Below are positions 17,272 to 27,932 of a DNA stretch of 64,000 nt, piece by piece. Within the stretch, counting starts at the first letter, position 1. Each line of letters starts with the position of its first letter. A model generated the notes under the pieces. The model was not told the origin of the DNA. It worked only from the letters and a program-made list of their open reading frames with translations, and made no database searches. The position numbers and the translations under genes were made by a program. Source of the DNA: an uncultured Acidobacteriota bacterium (lineage in GTDB: Bacteria > Acidobacteriota > UBA6911); assembly GCA_963827655.1 (NCBI GenBank), contig CAWHCF010000023.1, positions 505,466-569,465 of the forward strand, given 5' to 3'.

Positions 17272-18242
17272 AACGACGATACTTTTTCGCTGGGTTGTTC
17301 GTCCTCTTCAACGTCGCGGCCGCGGGTCAGCCCCAGCGCCCGCCCTTTACGCCTCCCGAAAACATCGATTATCGCAAAGCCGGCATCATCAGCGAAGGCA
17401 CCCGCATGGCGGCGGAGTTGTTCGCGCTCAAGAGCCTTGCCGGGCAAGCACTCCCCACGATTCTCATGGCCCATGGCTGGGGAGGGACCGCGGCGCAGCT
17501 TCGCACCGTGGGACTCGACTTTGCGCGCGCGGGGTATTTCGTCGTCACCTTCGACTACCGGGGGTGGGGGGAGAGCGACTCGCGCCTGGTTCTGACCGGG
17601 CCCGCACCCGCGGAGAAGAAAGCCAACCGCTTCAGCGCGGAAGTGCAGGAGGTACGTGAAGTAGTGGATCCGCTGGATATGACAACCGACTGGCTCAATG
17701 CGCTGCACTGGCTCCAGGGAGAACCTCAGTGCGACAAAGCCAGGATTGGGCTCTGGGGCACCAGCTACTCCGGGGGCCACGTCGTTTATGTCGCGGCGCG
17801 CGACCCGAGAGTGAAAGTGATCGTGAGCCAGGTCGGAAGCCTGGATTCGCGTTCTCTGGAACCGAAGCTGGCGTTTGAGGAGGGGACGAAGCGGGCCCGG
17901 GGTGAAATCGGCTATCCTCCACCGCGCGCTCGAACTGTGGGCAACCTCTCCGGCGCCCCGGTGCGCGAGAAACTCCTGCTCTACGCCCCCGTGGAAGATG
18001 TGGAGAAGGCTGCCAATTGCGCCATGCTCTTCATCATTGCCGAAAAGGAGGAACTGTTCGACAACAAAGATCACGCCATCAAAGCCCACGACCGCGCGAA
18101 GGGACCCAAGAAGCTTATAACCATCCCCGGGATAACTCACTACGGGATCTACACGACGGCGCGAGCAGACGCGACGCGTCACGCCCTTGAGTGGTTCGAC
18201 CAGTATCTTAAAACGGTGCAGGCAGCCTTTTCCCATTTTTGA
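17268..18242 (+). CDS. Secreted alpha/beta hydrolase
   Basis: Signal peptide; AHGWGG, FDYRGWGES, nucleophile elbow GTSYSGG, catalytic His in GITHY. Confidence 0.85.
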   Translation: MKRRYFFAGLFVLFNVAAAGQPQRPPFTPPENIDYRKAGIISEGTRMAAELFALKSLAGQALPTILMAHGWGGTAAQLRTVGLDFARAGYFVVTFDYRGWGESDSRLVLTGPAPAEKKANRFSAEVQEVREVVDPLDMTTDWLNALHWLQGEPQCDKARIGLWGTSYSGGHVVYVAARDPRVKVIVSQVGSLDSRSLEPKLAFEEGTKRARGEIGYPPPRARTVGNLSGAPVREKLLLYAPVEDVEKAANCAMLFIIAEKEELFDNKDHAIKAHDRAKGPKKLITIPGITHYGIYTTARADATRHALEWFDQYLKTVQAAFSHF

Positions 18243-19138
18243 GTTCGGTGAAAGGCCAAATTGCGTTGCAGGAGACCAATTATGGGCCCCGACTGCGCGA
18301 TTTGGAGCCTGTCAGTCGAACTTCCGCTCACAAATTGGGAAAAGCGTAGCCTGTACCATTTTACAATCGCGTGGTGATTGACCGGACCGAATCCTTTGCC
18401 CAGGGATGGATGAGACTCAATCGCCGCGCTAATGAATCGTTTGGCGATTGATACAGCGTCCGGCAATTCCCGCCCCTTTGCCAGCTCTGCCGTGATCGCC
18501 GCCGAGTAGGTGCAACCCGTTCCATGCGTGTGCGGCGTGTTTATTCGGCGCGCCCTGAATTGACTGGTGGATCCCTTCCAGAAGAGGACATCGACGGCAT
18601 CCTCCTCCAGGTGCCCTCCCTTGATCAGCACCGCTTCCACTCCCTGCCGGGCGATGCGCCGGGCGGCTTCCTCCATCCCGGCTATATCGCGCACCGGCCC
18701 GCCTGAGAGAATCGCTGCCTCCTGCAGATTGGGCGTTACCAGAAAGCTCCGCGGCAGGAGAACCTGTGCCAGGACCGCCTGCCCTTCCTCTGAAAGAAGA
18801 ATCGAGCCGTGCTTGCTTACCATTACCGGGTCTACCACGAGCGGAAAAGCAAACCTGGCGGCTCTTTCCGCCACGGCGCGGATCACGGCGCCGTTCCCGA
18901 GCGCGCCGGTCTTCGCGGCGCCAGGCGGTATGTCCTCCAGAATCGCCTCGAGTTGAGCCTGGACGAATTCGGGCGAGAGGGTCTCTACTGCATCGACTCT
19001 TTGCGTATTCTGGACCGTCAGCAACGTTATGACGCTGGTCCCATAGACGCCCAGCTGATGAAAGGTCTTGAGATCTGCCTGAATGCCGGCGCCGCCCGAC
19101 GGATCCGAACCCGCGATGGTCAATGCAACCGGCACCAT
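18179..19138 (-). CDS. thiD: Hydroxymethylpyrimidine/phosphomethylpyrimidine kinase
   Basis: LTIAGSDPSGGAGIQADLKT, VVDPVM, KGGH, THGTGCT, GPVNH; tail after about 18360 is atypical. Confidence 0.93.
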   Translation of the reverse strand: MVPVALTIAGSDPSGGAGIQADLKTFHQLGVYGTSVITLLTVQNTQRVDAVETLSPEFVQAQLEAILEDIPPGAAKTGALGNGAVIRAVAERAARFAFPLVVDPVMVSKHGSILLSEEGQAVLAQVLLPRSFLVTPNLQEAAILSGGPVRDIAGMEEAARRIARQGVEAVLIKGGHLEEDAVDVLFWKGSTSQFRARRINTPHTHGTGCTYSAAITAELAKGRELPDAVSIAKRFISAAIESHPSLGKGFGPVNHHAIVKWYRLRFSQFVSGSSTDRLQIAQSGPIIGLLQRNLAFHRTQKWEKAACTVLRYWSNHSRA

Positions 19139-19183
19139 GAATTTCAGCCTCGGCCCTTCACCGCAAAGACGCCAAGAAGCCTG

Positions 19184-20563
19184 CTACAGCAGGGACCCTC
19201 GCAAGACGAACATTGCCACGGTGAAATAGATAATCAACCCTGTGACATCCACGAGCGTGGCCACAAAAGGAGCGGAAGACGCGGCCGGGTCGAAACCCAT
19301 CCGGCGCAGAATAAAGGGAAGCATAGAACCTGTAAGCGTGCCAAACAGAACCACTCCCAGAAGACTGAGCGCTACCGTGACGGCCAGAAGAACGTAATGG
19401 GGACCATAGATGGTCTCACGGTTAGGCCAGAGAAGGATCCGGACGATCGCGATCGAACCCAAAAGACCGCCCAGGGCCGTTCCGGCGGCTACTTCGCGGC
19501 GCATGACGCGCCACCAGTCCCGCAGCCGAATTTCCTCCACAGCCATGGCGCGAATCACCAGGGATGCGGCCTGGGATCCCGAATTGCCGCCGCTGCTGAT
19601 GATCAGCGGAATGAAGAGCGCCAGCACCACGGCGCGCGCAATCTCGTTCTCGAAGTATCCCATGGCCGTTGCGGTCAACATCTCTCCAAGAAACAGCGCG
19701 GACAGCCAACCCCCGCGCTTTCGCACCATCTCGAAAAACGGAGTTTCGAGATAGGGAAAATCGAGGGCCTCCATGCCCCCCATTTTCTGCATGTCTTCGG
19801 TGGCTTCTTCTTCGGCAACGTCCAGCACATCGTCGCTGGTGACAATCCCAAGCAAGAGACCGTCAGAGTCCACCACGGGAAGCACGAAACGGTCATACTC
19901 CTTCATGACCCGGACGGCTTCTTCGCGATCGTCCGACGCGCGCAGTGCGACGAATTTTCGATCCATGATCGACTCCACCGTGGCCTGCGGGTCGGCCAGG
20001 AGGATGAGACGCAGCCGGAGGTCATCGACGAGTCTCAGCCGGTCTTCAACCACGTAGATCATGTTGATCGTCTCGGCGTCGTGACCGCGCCTGCGGATAT
20101 GATCAAGGGCTTGTTGAATGGTCCAGTGGGCGCGAATCGCCACGTAGTCCGGGGTCATCAGCCTACCGACGCTCTCTTCAGGGTATCCCAGCAGCGTGCG
20201 AGCTTCCTTCAGATCCTCCGGGCTCAATACTTCGAGCAGCCGCCGCGTAACCTGAGCCGGCAATTCTTCCAGCAACGCCGTTCTGTCGTCAGGGGTCAGA
20301 TCCGCCAGGATGTGGCGGGCATCTTCATTGGTCAGGTTAAGGATGAGCTCGTTCTGCTTCCCGTGTTCCAGGTAGGCAAAAACCTCGCTGGCCTGTTTCC
20401 GCGGCAGCGCGCGGAACAACATCATTCGATCCGGAGGATCCAGCGCCTCGAGCTTGTCGGCCAGCTCCGGCGCCGGCATTGCGGAGAAGGCGTCCTTCAG
20501 CTCGCCCCAGCGTCGCTGGTCGATCAGTTGTTTTGTTTCTTCGTCGGACAGTACCCTTGCCAT
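19184..20563 (-). CDS. mgtE: Magnesium transporter MgtE
   Basis: N-domain, CBS pair (GRLMTPDY), SSGGNSGSQ, DPAASSAPFVATLVD. Confidence 0.95.
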   Translation of the reverse strand: MARVLSDEETKQLIDQRRWGELKDAFSAMPAPELADKLEALDPPDRMMLFRALPRKQASEVFAYLEHGKQNELILNLTNEDARHILADLTPDDRTALLEELPAQVTRRLLEVLSPEDLKEARTLLGYPEESVGRLMTPDYVAIRAHWTIQQALDHIRRRGHDAETINMIYVVEDRLRLVDDLRLRLILLADPQATVESIMDRKFVALRASDDREEAVRVMKEYDRFVLPVVDSDGLLLGIVTSDDVLDVAEEEATEDMQKMGGMEALDFPYLETPFFEMVRKRGGWLSALFLGEMLTATAMGYFENEIARAVVLALFIPLIISSGGNSGSQAASLVIRAMAVEEIRLRDWWRVMRREVAAGTALGGLLGSIAIVRILLWPNRETIYGPHYVLLAVTVALSLLGVVLFGTLTGSMLPFILRRMGFDPAASSAPFVATLVDVTGLIIYFTVAMFVLRGSLL

Positions 20564-20657
20564 TTTCTATTCCGGACGAATTGGATTCCTGGTTGGCTGA
20601 CGATGTGGAACAAAGTCAACCACGAAGACGCGCAGCAACACTGGAATCTCGCCAGTG

Positions 20658-21371
20658 CTAATGACACCCCATGCAGGTAAACTTTACACCGTGACAGACT
20701 TTACATGAACTCTTGTCGGGCACTGCCAGGCGGCTGGAATGGGAGTCGGTGAAGCCAGGCGTGTGGCTGGCCGGTTTTAGCACGGTCTCCGGCGTGTGAC
20801 AGTATGCGCAGCTAAAGGGCGGGTCAATCCTGGTGTGACAGACCAGACAGTCAGCCATCCTCGGCAGATGGGCTTCTGTGGCAAGATCCGTCTCGGTCAC
20901 GCCACGATGACACGCCAGACATGAATTATCGGTATTCAGAAAGCGCCGCAGGTCGCCGGGGGGCGACAGATAGCGGCCGCCATCGACGGCGCTGGCGAGA
21001 ACGGGCGCGACATTCCCGAGACTGAGGTGGAACTTGTGATTGAAGCGAAAACTCCGCACAGGAAATTGAACCGCCACCGCCTTCTGCGGGTTCCGATGAC
21101 AAACCGTGCATTCCTTTCTGGCTTGCGCGCCGTCGTGGCATACCAGACAGGTTTTTTCTTCAGGGCGATGGTTATCCTGAGCGGCAACGCTGGAAAGCGC
21201 GGAGGCGTGGCAAGCTTCACATTGAGTTGCCCCACGCGCCAGATGATTTCGATGAGAAAAGATCAAATCCTGGCCGTTGACGACGCGAAGACCGAGTGCA
21301 AGGAAAGTCGACGCGATTCCCAGCACGAGAGCCGTCTTTGAATTTCTCTGCCAGTCTCCCAGGCACACCAA
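20658..21371 (-). CDS. Periplasmic multiheme cytochrome c (8 CxxCH, c3/c7-like)
   Basis: CEACH, CLVCH, CTVCH, CLACH, CLVCH, CAYCH, CKVCH, CMGCH; FSH/FNH distal-His motifs; start (TTG 21371 or GTG 21368) uncertain. Confidence 0.85.
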   Translation of the reverse strand: MVCLGDWQRNSKTALVLGIASTFLALGLRVVNGQDLIFSHRNHLARGATQCEACHASALSSVAAQDNHRPEEKTCLVCHDGAQARKECTVCHRNPQKAVAVQFPVRSFRFNHKFHLSLGNVAPVLASAVDGGRYLSPPGDLRRFLNTDNSCLACHRGVTETDLATEAHLPRMADCLVCHTRIDPPFSCAYCHTPETVLKPASHTPGFTDSHSSRLAVPDKSSCKVCHGVKFTCMGCH

Positions 21372-21432
21372 AACCAGTGCAAAGACCCGACCACTCCGGG
21401 CCCGCCAGGCGCGTACGGTTGCGCCGGCCTCT

Positions 21433-22657
21433 CTACCCCTTGTAGGTGATGCGCCAGATCTTGTTTCCGCCATCCTCGCTCATCAGCACAGATCCATCCG
21501 GAAGTTGCAGGAGGCCGACCGGCCGTGCCCCAGACTTCCCGCTTGTCCGGTCCCAGCATAAACCCTGAGAGAAATTCACGCGGCTCTCCCACCGGCTTCC
21601 CCGCCTTGAACGGAACGTAGACTACGTTGTAGCCGATGCGCATGGCGCGATTCCAGGAGCCGTGCTGCGCGAGGAAAGCTCCACCCTGATACTCATTCGG
21701 GAACATCTTTCCGGTGTAGAAAATCCCGTCCAGAACCGCGACGTGCGCGCCAAGCACCACGTCAGGGACCAGCGTCTTCTGAACTAACTCGGGATTCTTC
21801 CCTTTGTTGCGGGGTTCCTCGTTGGGGCCAATATAGGCATAGGGCCAGCCGTAGAAGCCGCCCTGCTTGATCGACGTGAAATAATCCGGAACCAGGTCAT
21901 CGCCCAGCCCGTCCCGCTCCTGGACCGCCGCCCACAGTGTGTCGGTTCCCGGGTACCAGCGCATGCCGATCGTGTTGCGCACCCCGGTGGCGAAGATTTC
22001 GTGCCCGCTGCCATCGGGGTTATAGCGGTTGATCGCGGCGCGGCGGGGATCCTCTCCCGTGTCGACATTCGAGCCGGAACCCACGCTCACATACATCTTC
22101 TCTCCCTTGCGGTCAAACAGAAGCGTTCGCGTCCAGTGTCCCTTCCCGTGACCTTTGAGTGACACCACCTCCTCGCCAGGAGTCGCCACCTTCATTGTCT
22201 TGGCATCATACTTGTAACGCTTCACAGATTCCGGCTCGGCCACGTAAAGGTATTCCTTCCAGAATGCCAGTCCATACGGGCGATACAGGCCCTCCAGAAT
22301 CGGCATTTTCTCGTCCGGCTTTCCGTCGCGGTTCTTGTCCACGAGAACATAAACGCCGCCTTTGTCGTCACTGTCGGAGAGAACGATTTCGTTGCCGCTG
22401 CCCAGGAGCATGAACCGTGGTTTCTTGAATCCGTCGGCGAAGACTTCGATATTGAAACCCGCGGGAACTTTGACCTGAGCACCGTCGGGCTGAGGAATGA
22501 CCTGGGGCCGGTTATTGGCCGACGGCGTGTGAAAGGGGGGCGGAAGTTGTTTGGGGGCGAGCTGGTAAGCCATCGCTCCCGCGAGGCCCAGCAGCAACAG
22601 GATGAAGCCGAAGAGCGCAATTCCAGGTACCCTGGCGGTTGGAAAATTCTTTTTCAT
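21433..22657 (-). CDS. PQQ-dependent sugar/sorbosone dehydrogenase family beta-propeller; apparent frameshift near 21526
   Basis: VPAGFNIEVFA, HWTR, YVSVGSGSN, ERDGLGDDLVPDY, HGSWNR; removing one base restores WGRPVGLLQLPDGSVLMSEDGGNKIWRITYKG-stop. Confidence 0.85.
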
Positions 22658-22808
22658 ACTCTCTCCCACGAAAGTGAACTCAAGCGTCTTGAAACGAACC
22701 CAAAAGTAATTATAGTTCGAGAACCCACAGGCCGCCTTTGAGTTTCTTTTTTTCCTGTCCAGAAGCAAAAGTCACGAAAAAACGGGAAGCCGGCAGCGAG
22801 AATGACCG

Positions 22809-24189
22809 CTACTTGAGGGTATAGACAAACCTCAGGATCTCCTTCTCCCGCTGGAGCACGCTGGTTTCCAGCGCCTTTCGCTGCTTTACCGACTGCTCTG
22901 CGGCTTCCTGCGCCTTCTTCTGATTCCCAACCATGGCGTAGGCCCGGGACAAGCGGTAGTACGCTTCGGCGAACGTCGGCCTGAGAGACACGGCTCTCTC
23001 GTAGGCGCCGATTGCTTGCGGATAATTTTCCTCGTCGAAGTAGATCTTGCCCAGTTCGAAATGAGCCTCAGGAAACTTCGGGTCAAGATCGAGGGCCTTG
23101 TTGAGCAATCGGACCGCTTCCCTCCGGTCGGGATTTGTCCCCTGGGCAGGTCTCAGAAGAGTGGCGGCGTACAAATAGTAAGGATAGGGATTCCCCGGCT
23201 GGAGCTCCATGTATTTCTTGAACTTTTCACCCAGCCAGTCGCCCGCGAACAGAGACTCATGAGCCGACAGGAAAACGAAAGCCTGGCCCAGAAAAAAATA
23301 GCCCGCGTCGGATTCAGGATCCGCGTCAATGGCCGCCCTCAACGCCGCAATCGCCTCTTCGAACTGATCACGCGCGATGTACACGGCCGACAGTCCCAGG
23401 TGCAACTTGGGTCTTCGCGGGAGCCGGCTGATCGCACTCGTGAATATTTTCTCCGCGAGATCGAAGTTGCGATGGGAAAGAAATTCGTAGCCCAACGCAA
23501 ACCAGTACTCTTCCTTTTCAGGCGCCAGGCGCACGGCAGCCTGATAGGCCTCGACGGCCTTGTCATAGTGATCGAGGCCCTTCGTAGACGTCACCGAGAA
23601 GATGCTGCAACTCCGCGGAGTCAGGCCAGGACTGGCGCGCGCGTTCGAGCACCCGGAGCGCGGTTTGATGGAATCCTTTCCTGGCGAGGGGCTCGGCAAG
23701 CTGGACGAAAAAACCGGGCTCGGCCGGGGCGAGATCCAAAAGTCGTCGTACTGTTTCATCGACGCCTCCCCTTTCTCCCAGCTCGAGCTGGGCGGCCAAA
23801 AGGCCCTGCAACATTGCCATGTCCCTGGGATGCTGTGCGACGGCCTTCTTCAGATGCCGCGCGGCATCCGGAAACCGCTTGTGTTTGAGTTCGATCAGTC
23901 CCAGGTTAAAAAGTGCGTTAGCGTCGTTGGGCGCGAGAGTCAACGTTCTGCGAAAGTAGCGCGCCGCGGCGCCCTCATCGCCCCGGTGCAGAGCGTTGAC
24001 TCCCAGATTGTTCAGTATGGGGATTGAATTCGGCTGGAGCTCCAGGGCCTTCAGAAAAGCGGTCTGAGCCCGCGCATGGTCACCCTCCTGGGTATAACGG
24101 ATACCCAGGGCAAAGTATTGCTCGGCGGAGTTCTGCGGCGCGAAAGGGGCGCCGCTCAACAGAAGGGCCAAACCAACGGCGAATGCCAT
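22809..24189 (-). CDS. Secreted tetratricopeptide-repeat protein; apparent frameshift near 23579
   Basis: Track ORFs 23563-24189 and 22809-23759 join as LLGDVYEGLDHYDKAVEAY; multiple TPRs. Confidence 0.82.
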
Positions 24190-24191
24190 TA

Positions 24192-27100
24192 TTACCAGAA
24201 GAACTTGAGAGCGAACTGGATCTGCCGGGAAACACGGGCGAAAGTCACCGGGATGCCTGCGCCCGAGATGCGGCCAAATGCGGTCGAGCCCAGCGAGGCA
24301 TTCGGCACATTAAATTGCGGCGTGTTGAAGAGGTTAAAGAATTCTGCGCGAAATTGCATGTAGCGCTCTTCGTCAAAACGGACGTTCTTGAGCACAGATG
24401 CATCGATCTGCTTGGTGCCCGGTCCCTCCAGAATGCCAATACCCGCATTGCCGTAGGTTAAAGGCGCAGGAGTGGAAAAGCACGCGGTGTTGAACCAGCG
24501 TTCGGGAGTCGGCTTTTCAACCTCGAGGTCACAGGGAAAGACACGGTCAGCCCGGCTGCCCAGGCCGGTGTTCGCCACCGATGTCGCCAGCCCCACTGTG
24601 AAGGGTTCCCCACTTTGAAGATTCAGGATTCCGCCCAGGTTCCAACCTTCAATCAGCTTGCCGACCAGGCCGGATGCCCCCGAACCGAGTTTCTTGCCTC
24701 GTCCGAAGGGGAGCTCGTAGTTGTAACTCAAAACAAAGCGATCGCGGATATCCCAGTTGGGCCGGCCCCGGTCGGCGCGGCGGTTGAGGAAGTTCTGCGC
24801 CTTGGAGCCCTCGCCGGCGAAGTCGCTGAGTGTTTTCGCGAACGTGTAAGAGGACAGCAAGCTCAAACCGTGCGAATAGCGCTTCTTCACCGTGAACTGG
24901 AAGGAATGATACGTTGAGCTGCCCGCGTCAGCCTGGCCGTTGATGTTGGCGAAAGCCGGGAAAGGACGGCGCGGAGCGACCGCTCCAGGGCCGGGCGGCG
25001 GATCGTTAATACCGAGATTCACAAAGAACTTGGTCCCCTTGTTTCCCACATAGGATCCGGAAAGCGCCAGATCCCGCGTGAGCTCGCCCTCGAGCGTGAG
25101 GTGCCATTGCTGGACATAGGTCGTGCGCAGGTTTGGATCCTGCCACCGGCCGCTGAAGATGAACCCCGGCACCGCCCCAGGACCCACCAGGCCATTGGTC
25201 ACCGGCACCGGAGACAGCGCCGGAAAGCCGTCTTCGAGCCGGTTGGTCGGCTGCGTGGTACTGTTGACCACGTTCTGACCTGAGGTGAACGGCGGGTTCT
25301 GCACCATGGTAAAAATCGTCCCCTGAAAACGAGTGCTTCCCGTGAGATCGTAGAAAACACCGTAGCCTGAGCGAATCACCATGTTGCTGGCAATCCGATA
25401 GGCCAGACCGAAGCGGGGCGAGAAGTCGTTCTTGTCGATCGCCCGCAGCCTGCGTCCCAAAGGCGCATCGGGAGAAGCGACCCGGAAGGCGCCCCCCGGA
25501 ACGTCGGTATCGAAATTGGACTGGCGGTCGTCCACTTCCAACCGCGGCGCGGTCAACTCGTAGCGCAGCCCAAGGCTAAGGGTCAACCGCGGGGTCATCT
25601 GCCAGGTATCGCTGAAATACCAGCTCCACTCCGTAGTCCGCTGCCCTGTGACGCTGTTGAGCTTGGCCTCCTGGCTGGAAGTCGCCGGTATGCCCAGCAA
25701 GAAATCCGCCATGCCACTTCCCGTATTTCCAGGAGAGGTAGGGCTATTCGTGAACGCCCCGCTGAAGGTAAATTCCCCGCGCTGCGTAGGAGGCTGAAAG
25801 AAATTGTATTGGCGGCGTCGGACATCGCCCCCGAACTTCAGAGTGTGCCTGCCTTTGACCCAGCTAAGATTGTCGATGTATTGAAAAGTGTTGATGACGT
25901 TGATGAACGGAAGGAACGTCAGCTCGCCGATGGCGCTGAACCCCGAGACATTGATCGAGGGAAGCCCGCTGCTGAAAGGCACCTCAGGTCGATTGACGTT
26001 GTGGATGCCGAGACGCTCTGCCGCGTCGATCCCGTGAAGCCGGTTGTTGGCGACCTCATTAAAGCGCGTATAGCCAAAACGAAATTCATTGATCAAATTC
26101 GAGCGGAATGTGTGGGTCTCGCCCAGAGCGACAAACTGATTCCGTACCGTCACCCCATCGGTATCCAGCGGCATGGTCGTTCCTAGCAGGGCGCTGGGAA
26201 GGACCGGCCGGGGTGAAATCGTCAGCCCGGCATCGAAATCCGACAGGCTGTAGCGCGCGAAGGAACTGTCCTTTTGCGAGATCTGATGATCGACGCGGAG
26301 GTCAAAAGCCTCCTGGTTCGAGGGTCGAATTGGATTATAGATGAAATTATTTCCCGTCCCCGGGAGGTTGGGCAACGGGTACTGGGCGTCGATCGTGTTG
26401 CGCGCCGCCTGGCTCTGGCGCGTGGCCGGGATGCGGTTCTGGGAAAAAGGTTCGCGCGAGTTCGTGCCGGGATTATAGGTCAGGGGATCGAAGATCGTCC
26501 TTCCCAACTCGGTGAAGTCCCCCTGGCGCATCAGCGGAGTCGGCACCGTCAACACAAAAGTCTGGCCCTGGCGGATACGGCTCCCCTCGTAATCGCCAAA
26601 CCAGAAGGTTCGATTCGGCTTGATCGGTCCTCCGGCGGTGAAGCCGAACTGGTTCAACTTGAAAGGGGGAATAGGAGCGTCGGCGCGGTCAAAGAAGTTC
26701 TTGGCATCGAGCGCTTCATTGCGCAGGAAGTAAAACAGGTTGCCATGAAAGGCATTAGTGCCCGACTTGGTGGTGACGTTCACCTGCCCGCCTCCGGTGA
26801 CACCGAATTCAGCATCGGAGGTTGCGGTCTGCACCTTGAACTCCTGAATGGCATCGATGGGCGGGAAGATGATGATACCCCCGATGCTGGTCTCCATGTT
26901 GTCGATGCCGTCAAGCAGGAAATTCGTCGCCAGGTTGGTCTGGCCGTTGATCTGCACTGCCGAGGGCGCGCGCACGCTGCTCAACGAGGCGCCCGAGGAC
27001 TGAGCCGTGCGCGAAATGCCTGGTGTCGCGCCGGCCGTCAGGGTCAACAGTTGCACAAAATTTCGGCCGTTGAGCGGGAGCTCTTTAACCTGTTTCTCAT

Positions 27101-27521
27101 CGACGACGTCGCCCAGAGTTACGCTCTGCGTCTGGATGAGCGGTGCCGCCACGGTTACTTCCGCAACCTCGGATACCTGGCCGACCTGCAATGTCATGTC
27201 GACCACGGCGACGGCGTTAACTTGCAGCACGATGCCGCGGCGCACTTCCTTCTTGAACCCCGCCAACTCGGCCGCCACGGCGTAGTCGCCCACCCTCAGC
27301 GCCGGAGCCGTATAAGTGCCTGCGTCGCCGGTCACGGTATTGAAAGAGATGTTGGTCTGCGTGTGGGTAACGGTGATGGCCACGCCGGGGATGACGGCGC
27401 CGCTTTCATCGCGCACGGTGCCGGTGATCGTGCCTGTATCTCTTTGCGCCCAGACAAAAGGCTGTAGCAAGAAGAAACACCACAGCCCGATTCCAAGAAT
27501 TCGGAAGGTTCCTCTTCGCAT
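24192..27521 (-). CDS. TonB-dependent receptor-like outer-membrane protein (Oar-like, carboxypeptidase-regulatory N-domain)
   Basis: GTITGTVRDESGAVIPG, LPLNGRNF, IQEFKVQT, TKSGTN, C-terminal RQIQFALKFFW. Confidence 0.92.
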   Translation of the reverse strand: MRRGTFRILGIGLWCFFLLQPFVWAQRDTGTITGTVRDESGAVIPGVAITVTHTQTNISFNTVTGDAGTYTAPALRVGDYAVAAELAGFKKEVRRGIVLQVNAVAVVDMTLQVGQVSEVAEVTVAAPLIQTQSVTLGDVVDEKQVKELPLNGRNFVQLLTLTAGATPGISRTAQSSGASLSSVRAPSAVQINGQTNLATNFLLDGIDNMETSIGGIIIFPPIDAIQEFKVQTATSDAEFGVTGGGQVNVTTKSGTNAFHGNLFYFLRNEALDAKNFFDRADAPIPPFKLNQFGFTAGGPIKPNRTFWFGDYEGSRIRQGQTFVLTVPTPLMRQGDFTELGRTIFDPLTYNPGTNSREPFSQNRIPATRQSQAARNTIDAQYPLPNLPGTGNNFIYNPIRPSNQEAFDLRVDHQISQKDSSFARYSLSDFDAGLTISPRPVLPSALLGTTMPLDTDGVTVRNQFVALGETHTFRSNLINEFRFGYTRFNEVANNRLHGIDAAERLGIHNVNRPEVPFSSGLPSINVSGFSAIGELTFLPFINVINTFQYIDNLSWVKGRHTLKFGGDVRRRQYNFFQPPTQRGEFTFSGAFTNSPTSPGNTGSGMADFLLGIPATSSQEAKLNSVTGQRTTEWSWYFSDTWQMTPRLTLSLGLRYELTAPRLEVDDRQSNFDTDVPGGAFRVASPDAPLGRRLRAIDKNDFSPRFGLAYRIASNMVIRSGYGVFYDLTGSTRFQGTIFTMVQNPPFTSGQNVVNSTTQPTNRLEDGFPALSPVPVTNGLVGPGAVPGFIFSGRWQDPNLRTTYVQQWHLTLEGELTRDLALSGSYVGNKGTKFFVNLGINDPPPGPGAVAPRRPFPAFANINGQADAGSSTYHSFQFTVKKRYSHGLSLLSSYTFAKTLSDFAGEGSKAQNFLNRRADRGRPNWDIRDRFVLSYNYELPFGRGKKLGSGASGLVGKLIEGWNLGGILNLQSGEPFTVGLATSVANTGLGSRADRVFPCDLEVEKPTPERWFNTACFSTPAPLTYGNAGIGILEGPGTKQIDASVLKNVRFDEERYMQFRAEFFNLFNTPQFNVPNASLGSTAFGRISGAGIPVTFARVSRQIQFALKFFW

Positions 27522-27641
27522 GGCGGGTCTCCGCAGTTGTCCTTCCGTACCACACGCAATAAAGCGATGTCAAGCAGACGCGACGCCGCGCGACGCACCG
27601 ACAATGTGCGCGCGGCGGATTCGAAGACCCCCGAGCCGATC

Positions 27642-27880
27642 GGCGAAGCTTGCCACGCGCCCTGAAAGGGCGAAGGAAATTAGCCGGGGGCCAAGCGCAG
27701 CGCTGCCCCCGGTCTACACAATCGAAAGAGACGCGCCCCGGAGGGGCGCTGGGACGCTGCCTCGATGCTCCTGCGCCCCTCGCAAGGCGCGTCGGACGAG
27801 AATTGGCCTTACAAGTTCCCTGGGCCGCTTCGCTAGCCTGCGGGCTAATAACCCGTCGCCCCTCCGGGCGAAGCTTGCCA
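27642..27880. mobile_element. REP/REPIN-like non-autonomous palindromic element with 14-bp flanking direct repeat
   Basis: Hairpins CGCCCTGAAAGGGCG, CCGGGGGC..GCCCCCGG, GCGCCCCGGAGGGGCGC and an imperfect inverted second half; GGCGAAGCTTGCCA at 27642-27655 and 27867-27880. Confidence 0.65.
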
Positions 27881-27932
27881 AAACTTCGCATGAGATGCGG
27901 TTCAGAGCAAGCTACCGCAGTCCGAAGGACTC

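Noticed and set aside
18179-18360. C-terminal extension of ThiD as an extra domain
   Set aside because: No motif, overlaps the convergent hydrolase, and is probably a lost stop given the indel rate.
18809-20680. 623-aa plus-strand ORF
   Set aside because: Antisense shadow of mgtE/thiD with no motifs; expected at high GC.
21372-21473. Long N-terminus of the octaheme cytochrome and its overlap with the dehydrogenase
   Set aside because: Artefact of the frameshift near 21526; the corrected dehydrogenase ends at 21433.
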